DNA of 63,991 nucleotides, filler included, from Reticulomyxa filosa (GCA_000512085.1; 24 parts of 24 records of this genome joined end to end with filler, not necessarily neighbours in it), one strand, 5' to 3'. Shown: positions 13,306 through 26,700, numbered from the whole stretch's first letter. The notes: generated by a model from the sequence alone, not told the origin. Translations and numbers: made by a program.

Positions 13306-13435
13306 CAGTAAATTGCAAAAAAAACTGACATACCTAAATGGCATTATATGAAAAGAATCGATTTTCTCCATAAATAAAGATTTAAACATAATTTTTAAAA
13401 AATATATACTAATCTTGTAGTTTTTAAATATGAAA
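13306..13435 (+). mobile_element. Related TA-CAGT TIR element, left end; truncated by contig end
   Basis: Begins TA|CAGTA. Its reverse complement aligns with 42105-42241 and with the right arm of the 12707-12970 MITE. Confidence 0.7.
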
Positions 13436-13558
13436 NNNNNNNNNNNNNNNNNNNNNNNNNNNNNNNNNNNNNNNNNNNNTTAATTAATTAANNNNNNNNN
13501 NNNNNNNNNNNNNNNNNNNNNNNNNNNNNNNNNNNTTTTTTTCCTTTAAAACAATAAG

Positions 13559-13730
13559 TTAAATAAATGAAGCACATACTTGCTTTCCAAAAGTGAGAAA
13601 ACAAAATGGATTCGATCCTTGATCTCCTTTAGTTACTAAGTTCCGAGCTTGAGCTACACGTACTATTATGACATCTCCAAATTGTAACAAATCCTCTGTA
13701 AACCGACGACGAATTGAAGGCCGACTATTT
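13559..13730 (-). CDS. C2 domain protein exon; truncated
   Basis: IIVRVAQARNL..KGDQGSNPFCFLTFGKQ matches the start of a C2 domain. Confidence 0.7.
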
Positions 13731-14341
13731 TTTTTTTTTTTTGCAAATTTTTTTTTTTTTTTTTGGCACTTCATTTTGGCCCTACCCTTCTGTTCTCTGT
13801 TTAATAAAAATGAAATATGTTTTTATGTATACGTAGTTCTAAAAATTTTTAATTGTATATTGTTTAATTCACATTCATGAAAAAAAATATACTGGAAAAA
13901 ATGAAGCGTTTTTCTTTTTCCCTCTCATTCTCTCTCTCTCTATCTATCTTAATCTCTTTTCTTTTTTTTTTTTTTTTTTTTTTCTGAACTCTAGTTCTTC
14001 ACGCAAGAGATGAATGTTTGGTCTTGGATCATTGTTGCTGAGCTCTTTAACTTGGATTTGAATCGCACATTCCTTGTAGATTCCCGCCGATGCTTATTAT
14101 AATTATAAATGTTCCCCCCCCCCATTCCATCAAAAATAAAGAGATATTTTTGTTTATTAAAAAAAAAGAGAGAAAAGAAGAGGAAGAGCCCGAATAATCA
14201 TTAAAGTATATATTGACTTTGTCATTGTTGTATGTTCTTTTTTTAAAAAAAAACTATTTCTCTCTCCTTCTCACCCCCCCCCTCTCTGACTACGTCGTAA
14301 AGCCTAGCCATTGCATTAGCATACTTTGCCATTGGCTTGTT

Positions 14342-14674
14342 TTAGACAGAGCGTAGCAAAATATTACCTAATGTCGCGTCTTCATTTTGCAGCAGCCTTC
14401 CACTAAATAAAACATTAGAGACAGTCAAATCTGGGAACATGACGACAATCAATTTTTTGAAGTCACGGAGCTTCATTCCTGAAGGCATTTCAATATCCAC
14501 TGTTTTGTTTGAACTTCCTGATAATCGAATTTTTATTGGTATGGTGCGATGTATTAATGATTCCGACGCCACTGAGGTCACTGTCACTACTGGACTGTGT
14601 ATTTCCATTTGTTTTGGTGTACTTTTGATTTGTGTCGAGTTTGGACTTTGCGGTGGTTGAGATTGTGACATCAC
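14342..14674 (-). CDS. Ubiquitin-like domain protein (possibly the 5' part of the C2-domain gene)
   Basis: IKIRLS...VDIEM....KLRDFKKLI...F......VLFSGRLLQNEDATL is a UBL pattern. Confidence 0.65.
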   Translation of the reverse strand: MMSQSQPPQSPNSTQIKSTPKQMEIHSPVVTVTSVASESLIHRTIPIKIRLSGSSNKTVDIEMPSGMKLRDFKKLIVVMFPDLTVSNVLFSGRLLQNEDATLGNILLRSV

Positions 14675-15139
14675 TTCTTCTTCTAATTACTGCCAAAAAT
14701 ACAATGACAACACACACACACAAAATATTATATCTTGAATTCTCTCGTCAAGACTTCACAAATGTCCAAAAATATATAGGAAATGGCTTTTGAACCTTGC
14801 TTTGCTCACAAAGCAAAGAAAGAAATTTCAAAGTGAGCCTTATGTATGCGCCAAGAACAAAATTTTTTAATTAAAAAAGTCCCCAAACAAACTCTTTTTT
14901 AGTCATTTGCTGCGCTAAACAAAAAAAGAACAGCTTTTCAAAAAATATCGCTTTAAAAGATTTGTCCGATTAAATGGTGCAGCTTAGCAAACGCAATGTC
15001 ATCCCCATATAATAAAATATGTGCTATGTTTTGCAGCTGCCAAAAAAAACCTCTTTGCTGGATATTTCAAAAAGAAATTGTAGGAAAAGAGATGTTCAAA
15101 AATTGGGAAGTAATTTGAATTTATGGCATTTTTAAAAAA

Positions 15140-16060
15140 CTAATAGGTTGTGTATGATTCAGGAAACAACAGAGGATCTATTGGCTCAAAGTGCTGTTCA
15201 AAGCTTTGCCTAACAAAAACAGTGGGTGCAATTTCATTTGCATCAAGGTATTTTGAGATTTGCACCACTTCAGTTAAATGTGCATGTAAGTCTTGCAACA
15301 CAAATTCGTCGCCTATTACAAACAAACAGCTATCCTTTGTCTCTGTCCCTCTCGATGGTCTATCAACAACAGTAGCAGCAAACAACAAACAAAAAACTCT
15401 TCCAAAACTGTCAATATACAGTGTAGGCGACAATTGGCGAACCATGGCCACTTTTCCTTTTGTAGTAGTACAAAATAATATCCTCTATGTATCAACATCA
15501 TTACACCAAAAATGATTACGGAAAGAACATTGCAATCAAAACAGCAAAAAAACAAAACAAAACAAAACAGTACATGTGATTTCAATCCACAATCGAGGAC
15601 TCCAGCTTTTTTAAACGCATTGACAACATTCCTGGGAAGAACCAAAAAAAAAAAAAAAAAAAGACGCTTTGCATGTGTAATGCGACATAGTTTGGAGTGA
15701 GATATATTTATATAGCATAAACAAAATTTATAAAAAAAAAAAAAAAAAAAGGAACCCAACTGTTCAAAAGATGATTGCGACAACATTGTGACATCTTCAA
15801 TGCTTTGCTGATACACAGCATTGATGGGATTGACAGTTTGTGGATAATATTGGAAAGTGATGGAGATCGGCAGACAACAAATAATGTACAATCGATGTCT
15901 TTTGGACAGCTCTTTCAATATTTCGACTGTTTCATTGCTCTTGAAACGACATGTCTCTTTCGACTCATTTACATGCATTACCTGTCCCCCGATGGAGTAA
16001 ATTAGATCATCAAAATACATTTGTCTTTGCTTTCTTGTCAGAGCCACAAACACATATACA
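15140..16060 (-). CDS. PEX22: Plant-type peroxin PEX22-like protein, multi-exon; 5' truncated
   Basis: VEILKELSK...LYII...AFKKAGVL..GLKSH|RILFCTTTKGKVAMVRQLSPTLYIDS resembles plant PEX22 (KVLFCST..GR.SFVRQLEP..HID). Confidence 0.7.
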
Positions 16061-16203
16061 CGTACACACAAACCAAAAAAAAAAAAAAAAAAAAAAAAAA
16101 AAANNNNNNNNNNNNNNNNNNNNNNNNNNNNNNNNNNNNNNNNNNNNTTAATTAATTAANNNNNNNNNNNNNNNNNNNNNNNNNNNNNNNNNNNNNNNNN
16201 NNN

Positions 16204-17213
16204 AATTCTATCTACAACGAATTGAATAATTCTCATTTCTTCTATCACTAGCTCTTCTCAATATATATTTTGCAATACTATCACCATTGAGTATTTATTT
16301 TTTTTATTTCTGTTTCTGTTTTTTCTTATATAATATTGCTTTTACGTTAATTTATTACAGATAATGTCATTATCACTTTGATATTGAAACTCTGGTTCAA
16401 TTGCAATTTGGCCTCCTTGTTGAAACATTCAAATCCTAAATCAAGACAATATTGCTTTAATATAGATTTAATTTTGTTACTATTCATTTGAATACGTAAT
16501 TATGATAATTCTGTAATTATATTTTGGATATTAATATCAATTAATTGATCATTGAATACTTCATATACTTGGACTTCATACACCATATCTTTCGGCTAAT
16601 AATGGCAATATACTTAAAATTATTTGAAGAAGAAATGGTTCTTCAACATTTTTTGTAAATTTGGATAATGTTTCTTCATATTTTTTTGCTGTCCAATCAT
16701 TATTTTCACCTTTTTTTTTATTTTTAGATTTCATATTTGCAATTTTTTCAATGTAACTAGACATTTGTTGTTTTGTAAATGGCCACAAATGCATCATTGA
16801 ATTGGTTATCTTTGATTTTTATTTGTTCCAATTAAAGTAGTATTAATATCATTATCATTTAATGCTTCACTTCGACAAGTGACAATTACATTTGCATTCC
16901 ATTGATTTAAATTAAAACGATTATAAAAATATTTTTCATTGTTATTATCATTTTCATTATATTTATCAAATATTTCATCAAATCCATCCACAATAAATAT
17001 GAATAATACTTTTTCACAAATTGCTTCCATAATTTCTTTATTAATATGTTTACCTTTTAATGTTTGAAAAATAATATCTTTTTCATTATTTTTATTATAA
17101 ACTTTTGGCAATGAAATATAAACAGGAATTGGTTGTTTTGAATCGTTACTATAATTATCCCATAATGACTTTTCCAAATGACGACAAAAAATGCTTTTTC
17201 CTGATCCTGATTT
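16204..17213 (-). pseudogene. NACHT NTPase fragment of the NACHT-WD40 family, with frameshifts/stops
   Basis: KSGSGKSIFCRHLEKSLW...PIPVYISLPK...FIFIVDGFDEIFDKY...VIVTCRS is a close paralog of 55590-56350. Confidence 0.85.
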
Positions 17214-17313
17214 NNNNNNNNNNNNNNNNNNNNNNNNNNNNNNNNNNNNNNNNNNNNTTAATTAATTAANNNNNNNNNNNNNNNNNNNNNNNNNNNNNNN
17301 NNNNNNNNNNNNN

Positions 17314-17928
17314 CTTGTCCTTGTCCTTTTTCTTGTCCTTGTCCTTGCTCTTGTGCTTGTGCTTGCGTGTGCAAGCGCAGCGGCATTTGTTGCAGCAATC
17401 CCACGTCCCTTTCTTCTTCTTTGCTTACCACAATGCCTTGCGCACATTTGCTTTGATTACTTTCCTTTGTTGCGTTTTCAAACACACTCTTTGGCGGATT
17501 CCAAGGTGTGGGCGACTCCAATACGACATGGGGACCACCTCTTTCTTTTTTTTTTTTTTTTTTGTTTATATATTTATATATGTATACATTTTTTAACGTG
17601 CTATTGTATTGTTTTGAATCATCAGTCCCAACAAAAACGACAAGAGACACACACAGTGCATTGAAAGGACGATTGTTCGGAGTAATTATATTGCTTGTGT
17701 AATAGGCGCTATGTCCTCCATTTGAAATCATATTGTTATGGTGGTTATGGTTTTGATTGTGATTATGATTGTGATTATGATTATGATTATGATTATGATT
17801 ATGATTATGATTGTGTACATTGACGTGTCTGTGGCCGCCATTCATCAATGTACTCCCTGCTGTGTAATATGTATTATGTGCACGTAGGTACGTACGTGCG
17901 CATTTATGGACATAAGTGTAGCATACAC

Positions 17929-17964
<36 letters not shown>

Positions 17965-18353
17965 ATATTGTTATGTATGTATATGTGTGTAAATGAATAT
18001 GAAGATGTGCAATGTGCGGACCTAAGAGATGAGAATGAGAGACAGGATGAAGAAGCGAGGCAGCTGGTGGATAGTCCGGATGATGATGATTGACAACCCC
18101 TCCCACTCCGTGATTCGGCAGCAACGGCGCGGATGAAATGACAGGGAAGCAGGTGGCAGAAGACGAAGAGGAGGTTGACAGTGAAGATGAAGGTGGATCT
18201 TTATTTCCATGAAACGGAGAAAACTTGGTGTTGAATCGGCTTTTTCTTGGTGGTAATGATGGACCATGTGTCAATTTGTAATTTTCATTGTAATTATTGT
18301 CATTGTTATTATTATTGTTATTATTATTATTATTACTATTATTATTATTATTA
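17314..18353 (-). CDS. Low-complexity (Asn/His/Ser/Gln-rich) hypothetical protein, internal exons
   Basis: Long ORF segments with (AATCAT)n and AAT repeats, interrupted by TA-rich introns. Confidence 0.4.
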
Positions 18354-18575
18354 NNNNNNNNNNNNNNNNNNNNNNNNNNNNNNNNNNNNNNNNNNNNTTA
18401 ATTAATTAANNNNNNNNNNNNNNNNNNNNNNNNNNNNNNNNNNNNNNNNNNNNAATTGAAAATTAAAATTGTTTTTTGGAATGATTAATTATTTTTCATT
18501 GAGCAATGATTTTTCTATGGAAGAGAAAGGTTTTCCCTTTTTAGAAAAAACTTTCTTGGACATTACAACTGTGGT

Positions 18576-19510
18576 TTGGCTCTTCTCTTCACACAACCTA
18601 ACAAAGTAAACTTCTACAACATGGAACTTGTTCTTGAGAGTTCCTTCACCAATGCTCTCCTCTGCAAAGTGCAACAGTTGCAGAAAAAGAAAAAAAATAA
18701 TCAATGTATACCCAATACACTCAAAACAAGAACATCATTCGAAAAAAAGATGCTGTCATCACGGCCAAAACAAATACGATTGCCTATTGTGGTCTCTCCT
18801 GACATTGGCAACATGCAGGTTGACGTTGTACATTTATCTTCACAGGCAAGAGAGGATATCAATTTTTTTGTTGTTTCATTCAATTTATTTAGCAGGTCAT
18901 GTATTGTTTATCACTTCATTGTGACAATCTCGTTTCAAAACATTTGAAATCTAATGTTTTAATACATTGACTATCCAGAACATTCGTTATCTTATAAAAA
19001 AGGATTCTGAAAAACAAGGTATAACAAAATTGGCAATGATTCAATTTGAGGTGAAGTTGAAAAGTTTCTCTTTTTTAGAATGATCATCAATGGGAAAAAT
19101 ATCTGATACCGAAAACAAGAAAACAGGAAAATCAGGTAAATGTATACACAACTAACCAGATGCAACAAAAAAATTTAGACAAAATTATAATTTCTGAAAA
19201 TTCCAGGGGTGGGAATCGGATTAACAAACATAATTTATTTTTTTGCGTAGATGATGACAAAGCAGTCACTAAGAGGGGGAAGCAACGTATACAATAACAT
19301 GTCAAAAACACACATCTTTTTTTAAAACTCTCATCTCTTATCAAAAAAATACAATTCAAAAAAAAAGGACTCTCCCATAGAACCTCAACAGTGGAAAGAA
19401 GTAAACTTGACGAACGTCGACAAAGTTTGCAATTGTTTTTGAAGTTAAGATTTTTCAAAGCAGATTCGAAAAGAAAAACATGGTACCGCAACTGCGATGG
19501 TGTTTTTTTT
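18576..19510 (+). mobile_element. Degenerate retroviral-type (rve) integrase, possibly Polinton/Maverick-like
   Basis: RPKQIRLPIVV...GNMQVDVVHLS.....INFFVVSFNLFSR resembles the integrase Q-x-D-L...V-I-D-x-F-S-R segment. Downstream frames are broken. Confidence 0.45.
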
Positions 19511-20072
19511 TTTAACATACGTACATGTCGAATTGCACACTGATTTTTGACAGCTTAAAAAAACAATCTATTGACTTTTTGCAGGTGCGATCACATACAT
19601 TGGGAAAGTTCATTTTAGGGAAGACAGGTTTGGCATTAAGTTGGACGAATTCAATATCACCATCGATAGTAATAACTATTTTACCGCCATTGTTTGTTAC
19701 AAGGGAAACAATTATCAAACGACAACACACAATGGAGAATTATTATTGAAGTGGGCGGCTGTATTTTGCTTAACGACAAAATCATAGGCCAGTCTCAGCT
19801 TTTTTCTTTTTATATAAACATTTTATCAGTTTTAAGCGTTCCAAANNNNNNNNNNNNNNNNNNNNNNNNNNNNNNNNNNNNNNNNNNNNTTAATTAATTA
19901 ANNNNNNNNNNNNNNNNNNNNNNNNNNNNNNNNNNNNNNNNNNNNAAATATTCTAACACGTGTAGATTGGTGCATAATTAAGCATAGGCTATTGCTTATT
20001 TTGATTTCTTCCAAAGGGAAATTAAAACTTAGATCAAACTAATACAAATCCAAATCATTAATAATTTATACA

Positions 20073-21093
20073 ATGTCGTCATTTAAAGCATATATGACTG
20101 ATGGAGTAACAGTACATACGATAATGTTGCCGAAATTGACGACGGAACACTTGAGGCAACAAATTCTTCAAGTTGCTCAGCCTGCACACGTCAACAATGT
20201 GTTAATGGCAATTGTTAACGGAAATGGTGATGATATTGAAACTGACGAAAATGTGATCTGTACATTTAAAAGAGATCATGTATACTTTACTGCTCAATTT
20301 CAATCCAGTTTTTTTCTTCTCAAAAAAATCATTGCGATTTCTAATTACAAGACGCACAGTAATATTAACAATGAATAGGAGATATCCCAAACACAGATGG
20401 ATTTGTAGAAAAAAAAGAGATGGAAAAACAAACGCAATCCCATAAAATGGACTGCTCATTGGTATTGTTGGCCGGAGCAATGCAATATGAAAAACAGTCA
20501 TATTTGGAAGATGTCAAGCATGACTTCCATTTGTTACGTGCTCTATTTCAATCGAAATTTGGCTATCGTGTATTCACTACTTACAATTCACAAACAATAT
20601 TTGCGTTATCGATCTGCACAACTTTTGCTACGTCAGAAAAGTTAGAAACAGTGTGTTGCCAGTGCCGGAAACGATCAACTGCACCAGCTACCATTGCTTT
20701 GTGTGCGTCAAATTGAACCGGTTTATCTTAATGACCAGAGATAAGAATATCTTGATCAAATACAACGAAGCGAGAAAAGAATTTGATTACGAAATGCTGC
20801 CGTCGCTTTCCAAATCACTTGGATACTTCAAATATGGCTACATTTGTCTCCACAAAAGTGATATCATTTTGTTTGGAGGTACCGACCATATCATGCACAC
20901 TCTTTTGTCGTCCATTCATATTTACAAAATCAAAGAAAAAACTTGGATCCAGTGCAATCAACAGCTACCATTTCCTATGAGTGGTGTCGCTGTTGTCGCC
21001 AGTCATGACGAGCGCTGTCTGCATCTTATTGGTGGCAAGAATGTTAGCTTCAAAAGTCTGCAAACCATTTCGTTGTTCGAAGCAAAGTTTTAA
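20073..21093 (+). pseudogene. PB1-like N-terminal domain + truncated caspase-like segment + Kelch repeats (chimeric, frameshifted)
   Basis: N-domain IVNGNGDDIETDENV. LVLLAGAMQYEKQSYLEDVKHDFHLLRALFQSKFGYRV resembles the first strand/helix of a caspase fold. IILFGG...IHIY.IKEKTW and LHLIGG are Kelch motifs. Confidence 0.55.
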
Positions 21094-21216
21094 TTGGAGT
21101 TACTANNNNNNNNNNNNNNNNNNNNNNNNNNNNNNNNNNNNNNNNNNNNTTAATTAATTAANNNNNNNNNNNNNNNNNNNNNNNNNNNNNNNNNNNNNNN
21201 NNNNNAAAAATAAAAA

Positions 21217-21249
<33 letters not shown>

Positions 21250-21282
21250 GTACCAAGTAAACAAAAAAAACAAAAAAAAATA

Positions 21283-22030
21283 GACAAGTGAAAGCCACAG
21301 GGGTAGGTTCAGAAGTGGAGATTCGACCGACGGATTTAGATGCAACGAAAGCTCGTTTTCGATATGCCGAGTTTCATTCGCAAATGTACCACTCGTTGCA
21401 ATTGATCCAAAAGAAGTTTCCGTTTCATTTTATCAACGCCGAAGGAGCAATGGAAGAGGTAAAGAAGTCAATCGAAATGGAGTTGGCGTATCAATCTAAA
21501 GCGGAGCTGGCAGACACCACGTTCGACAATGTCCGAAGAATACCATTGGCAGGAGAAATCAAAAAAGATGCCCGTCTTCAATTGGTCCAACGGTTGGACA
21601 CCTACGAAAAAAACCACAAATCTTTATTTGATCAAGTTATCGCTACTATCATCCGCGAGTTCATTCCTGTCATTAAACAGCAAGCTTTGACAGGTCGATC
21701 TTTCTTTTTTTAAATTAAAAAAAAAGAAAAAGAAAAAGAAAGGCTTTGTTTAAAAAAATAGGACAAGCCATCATACGGACAGAAAATCCAATTTTTTTTA
21801 GAGAAGAAGGATTGGCGTTGCGAATGGTGTTGGACTTATTGAGCGAAAGGGGATATCGTGTCGTGCTTGACTATTTGAAAGATAAACACCCCGAAAAGGT
21901 CGATCCAAGCACTGGCGTAATCTCCTTTTCCATTCGGAAAGTCCTTGTATTCCATGTGTCTTTTCCCCCACCCAAAATTAGACATGCCACTGCAGAGTCG
22001 GTTGATGGGTGGGATGTTCATATCGTTTAA
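21283..22030 (+). CDS. Adenylate kinase-like protein with long C-terminal extension; 5' truncated
   Basis: EIRPTD.D...ARFRY..F, FHFINAEG..EEV...I..ELAYQS..EL, ARLQLVQRLD.Y and LDLLSERGY. In-frame intron 21694-21761. Confidence 0.65.
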
Positions 22031-23146
22031 CCAAAAACCCCCCACTCATGTCCGAGTGCGTTTTGAAATCGCATTTTTTTCTTGTTGGAAGGAGGAGAGT
22101 AGACAAACTGAAACATGGATGCTTTATGTTGTTTTTGTGTTTGTTTTGTCCTGATTTTTTTTTGTTGATGATGCATATTATAAAAGCAAAAAAAAATTAA
22201 TGAAAGCAATAAAGTCAGGGCCTAACACATCCTTGGCTTTTAAAAAATTTCTTTTGTGTCTCTTGAGAAATAAAAAAAATTGTTCTATTGTTACTTTTCA
22301 AAATTCATTATCGCACGTATTTTATCATAAATACCGAAAAAATAATCGATTACAAACAATCCCCAAAATTAATCCTAGAAATATTTGATTTTCTTCATAA
22401 AAGTATGTTTTCAAATATCCACATTTGAAGTTTACCAGAAAGAGCAAAATAAAGAGGTGAGATTTAACTTCGAGATATAAACGATCTTCAATTTTCAAAG
22501 TATGAGGACATTGGCACCTTTTTAAGATGCTTCACTTCAAAGCAACACCTCTATCTTCGTATTTGTTCATTATCGCTCCATTCAAGACTGTTTTTTGCTG
22601 TCAGAAAATTGAATGCGAAAGAAAATATTTGCTTATAAAATAAGACGGTTTTTTTTGATTATTTTGCGAATAAAATCAAAGTCACACAAAGGATTAAAAA
22701 TTTTTTCGATCAACAAACAACACAAAATAGCTGCGACCATAAAGCGTCACGCGTTTTTAAAATTTAAACGGCTTGATTTTCATGGAAACTTTTCACGCTT
22801 ATCATTGCATCCAAATTATTCACTCCCTCCAAAAGATACTAAAAACTGGAGTGAAGGGCATAAAACTCAAGCAAAGGTGACATAAAATCCAAAGCTACGT
22901 ATTTTTTAGATATGAAGGCTAATCTGTGAAAAAAGGTGGTTTGCTTGGTCTGTACAAGTAGTCAATCATTCCAAGAATTTATTTGGTTATAGCTATAAAC
23001 GCTTTCCAATTGAAAAAAATAAATCCAGTAGGTAAATTAAATTGAAATTATTTCGTACCACTAGTTTTTCACTTCTAAAAAACTAAAACACACCAGTTTT
23101 TCCTCAACTTTCTTATTTATAAAAAGAAGAAAAACGAGAAAAAGAT

Positions 23147-23565
23147 TCAAAGTTCATTATCAAGTCCCCTGGAATGATTGATCATATCCTCTTCTTCGTC
23201 AGAGTCGTCAAAATACTTTTGTGTGGCTTGAGTTTGGTATCCTTGGACTTGGTTTCTATGCGAAGAAAAAAATACGAAGCAAGATATTGGACTAAATGGC
23301 ACAAAAGTAAGTATATAGATAATAAGTAAATGAGTAATAAATGTTAACCGGTATAATCTACGGCACGAAGTATAAATCCTCTCCCCACAGACGCACACAA
23401 TGATGAGAGCGACTACACCAACGATAGTTCCCCAAATGATGCCAGCTTGAGATGTCTTTTTTTTGGAGACTTGATCAGCTTTTCGTGTGGTCGTTTCGAT
23501 AGTCGTCGAAGTTATAATTATATTTTGTGTGGTTACGATCGGGGTTGTGGCTGTGTCTGGGGTTG
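23147..23565 (-). CDS. C-terminus of a single-pass membrane protein with Thr-rich stalk
   Basis: Thr-rich stretch, TM GIIWGTIVGVVALIIVCVC, an intron, then an acidic tail YFDDSDEEED. Confidence 0.5.
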
Positions 23566-23666
23566 NNNNNNNNNNNNNNNNNNNNNNNNNNNNNNNNNNN
23601 NNNNNNNNNTTAATTAATTAANNNNNNNNNNNNNNNNNNNNNNNNNNNNNNNNNNNNNNNNNNNNT

Positions 23667-23702
<36 letters not shown>

Positions 23703-23734
23703 GAGTAAATTGCAAAGGAGCTACAATAACAATA

Positions 23735-26700
23735 ATGGACGTCATAAGCGACCAAGATAAAAAAAAAGCAAGTGAAACAAAGTCTACAAATGCTGCATCC
23801 TCGCAATCCTTGATCCCTGCAGTCGGAATCACTAGGAAAGCATCTCCACCACCAACAGCACCCACGTCAACCTCAACTTCAACCTCAACGAAAGCTGCAA
23901 GCACAGCGGGGGCAATGGAAAGCACCTCGGAAAACAAAAGTGACTCGAAGTCGCGCCTTGCTGAAAAACAGACTTCTGCCATTGGCACTAGCAATTTAAA
24001 ATCGACAGTGGTAAGATTTTTCATTTTTCAAAAAAAAAAAATATATATATATATGTGTATATAACGATATAATAATATAAATATATTTATAATAATAATA
24101 ATAATAATTATTATTATTATTATTATTATTATAATTGTTTGTAACGGGCTTTGAACAGCTACACATAAAACACGACTTTCGAATCGAACTGTCTCAAAAC
24201 AACAAAGAAGAACTAAGCTTGGTGCGGATGTCACAATCGAAAAAGGCGAAAGTGGTGCTGCTGAATGTGTTTCTCCCGACGTCTCGAGAAAGAGACGTGC
24301 TGTATTTGGTAATCCATGACTTGATTGCAAACGAAAAAGAAAAACGGGAAATGGAAATACCATTGGTCAGACTGGAAATACATCCAATCAGTTCTGATTT
24401 GGCCATGCAGCTCTCGCAAGACGAACAGTCCAAAATTATCGGCGGCGACGCTGACAAAAAATTGAAACAGGCGAGAGAGCAGACCAACCAGCTGAAAATG
24501 GTTAGCATTATTTATGCACATCACAATGTACACAACATGCACATATGTGTATTGTAGGAAAATACACAGCTGTTGGAGGAAAAGAAGATGTGGAAAAGTG
24601 AAAAAGAGAAATTTCAAGATGTTGACAAAACAAAAACAGAACAAATCAATAAATTGACAAAAGAAAAAAAAGATGTAAATGAACAACTGCAAAAAATTAT
24701 TAAAGAACGAGACGCAACTAAAGTAATTCATATATACATATATACATACATATATATATACACATATATATATGTATATACATGTAAATGTGTTATTTGT
24801 AATTGTAACGAAACCAACAGGATGCATTGGCAGAAGAAAAAAAAGAGGTCGGAAAGACAGAGAAACAAAAAGAGGGCTTGAAAAATGAAATCGAAGAATG
24901 GAACAAAAAATGGAAAGAAAAAGAACACAAAATGAACCAATTGCAACAAGAACTGTCAGAGGTGAACAAAGAGAAGATACAATTGCAAATAATGGTCAAA
25001 ACGTTGAATGAGCGGATCGACATTGCCAGCGAAGTGCAATCCAAAACCAACGAAGAGTTGACCAAGTCCAAAGTGCATTACAAAGAGTACCAAGAAAAGT
25101 GCGAGCGTTTGGAACGAGAAATGAAAGAGCTCACGGAAAGCGGTCAAAAAAAATACCAATCGTTGAATGAAAAATTTCAAGAGTTGGCCAAAACCCACAA
25201 GCTAACTCAACTCGAATTGACCCAGAAAAATGACGAAATTTCCCGTCTCAAAATTGACTCACAACAAACGCAAGACCGACTACGATCGCAAGCTCAAGAC
25301 ATTTCCACCAAAACAGAACAGATACAAACTCTCACCAATGTTTCGTTTTGTTTTTTTTTTTTTTTTTTTTTTTTTTTGGACATTTTAACAATACGTATAC
25401 ATATATCTTTATTTGTCATAGAAAGTCGAGAGCCTAATTGCTGAAAACGCCCGACTACAAGAAGAAGTGGAAAGGCTGGGGACGGAATTGAAAGACTCGG
25501 TAACGCAGGACAAGTGGAATGCACTGCTCCACGAACACGAGACGTTGCAGAACCTCACGGAAACAATGAAAATGGAAAAAGAACAAACGACACAAAGGAT
25601 GTCGGCCTTGGAGAGCGAGCAAAGTAAGCTAATAGCCCAGTTGCAAGCTATGAAAACAGAGCTGGCCGAAAAAGCAGAGGAAATTGGAAAGTTGGAATCG
25701 TATCATCATTTCTGGAAAAGTCGTGCCAACAGTCTTCAACAAGAGCTACGAAAAGCAATGTCCGAGTCCAAGGACACTGCAAAAGGTGTTAATCATCCGC
25801 ACGTTGTTAAGAGAATATACGGCATTTTATGTGCATGTACATATATACATATATATATATATATATATACGTATATATGTGTATATTGTATATACGTATA
25901 TCTTTGTTTTTTTTTTTGTTGTGTGTTTATCACAATACATAACATTTTTTTTTTTTTTTTTTTTGGAAATGACAAACGGATTGTAAATGAATGACACGAA
26001 ATGGGATTTTGACTGACTTGTTTTTGTAAAATATTAAAAAAAAAAAAAAAAAGCAAAAGCAACTGGAGAAGAAAAAAGAACTGGAAAAAAAAGTGAGACA
26101 ATTGCAAGAGGAAAAAGAATCGGCGGAAAATGTGGTAAGTACATACCGGAAAGCGTTTGAAGAGGAATTGAAGAAACAAAAGAAAAGCACCTTTCGCAGT
26201 TCGCTATTCAAGTCTCGCAACAAAGAAAGCTCGAAGGCATTGCTAAAAAAGAACCAACAACTGCATATGTTGGCGAATGAATTGGCAGATGCGGTTGTCG
26301 AAAGTGAGGAGAACGTGAATCATTTGAAAAAAGTGAAAGGTATGTTGGCTACTCGAGTGAAGCAAGTGGAAGAAGAAAATAACGCTTTACGTGCAAAGCT
26401 TGGGATGCCAATGTTGGAGCCTCAAGGGAAATCACTTTTGAAACTTAAGCCACGTTCACCCAAAAAAAAATTGTTTGTCGATGAAAGTTCGTTTGCCAAC
26501 GATCAACAAGTCAGCAGTGCTGGCGATGTCCCTCTCGACAGTCGACTCGACTCACATACCGATGCTCGTGACACTGGGCATAGTGACGCACACGATAGTG
26601 TCATTAATAATCAAAGCTCTAGTGATAGCGACAGCGACAGCGACAGCACAGGCACCAACAAGAGCAAGAGCAAGAGCAAAAGCAAAAGCAAAAGCAAGAG

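Noticed and set aside
14342-14344. In-frame TAA followed by an open frame (and TAA at a Gln position in the ubiquitin relic) as evidence of stop-codon reassignment
   Set aside because: Long intact ORFs such as 59611-61023 use CAA/CAG for Gln and end in TAA. The ubiquitin copy also has frameshifts, so decay or error explains it
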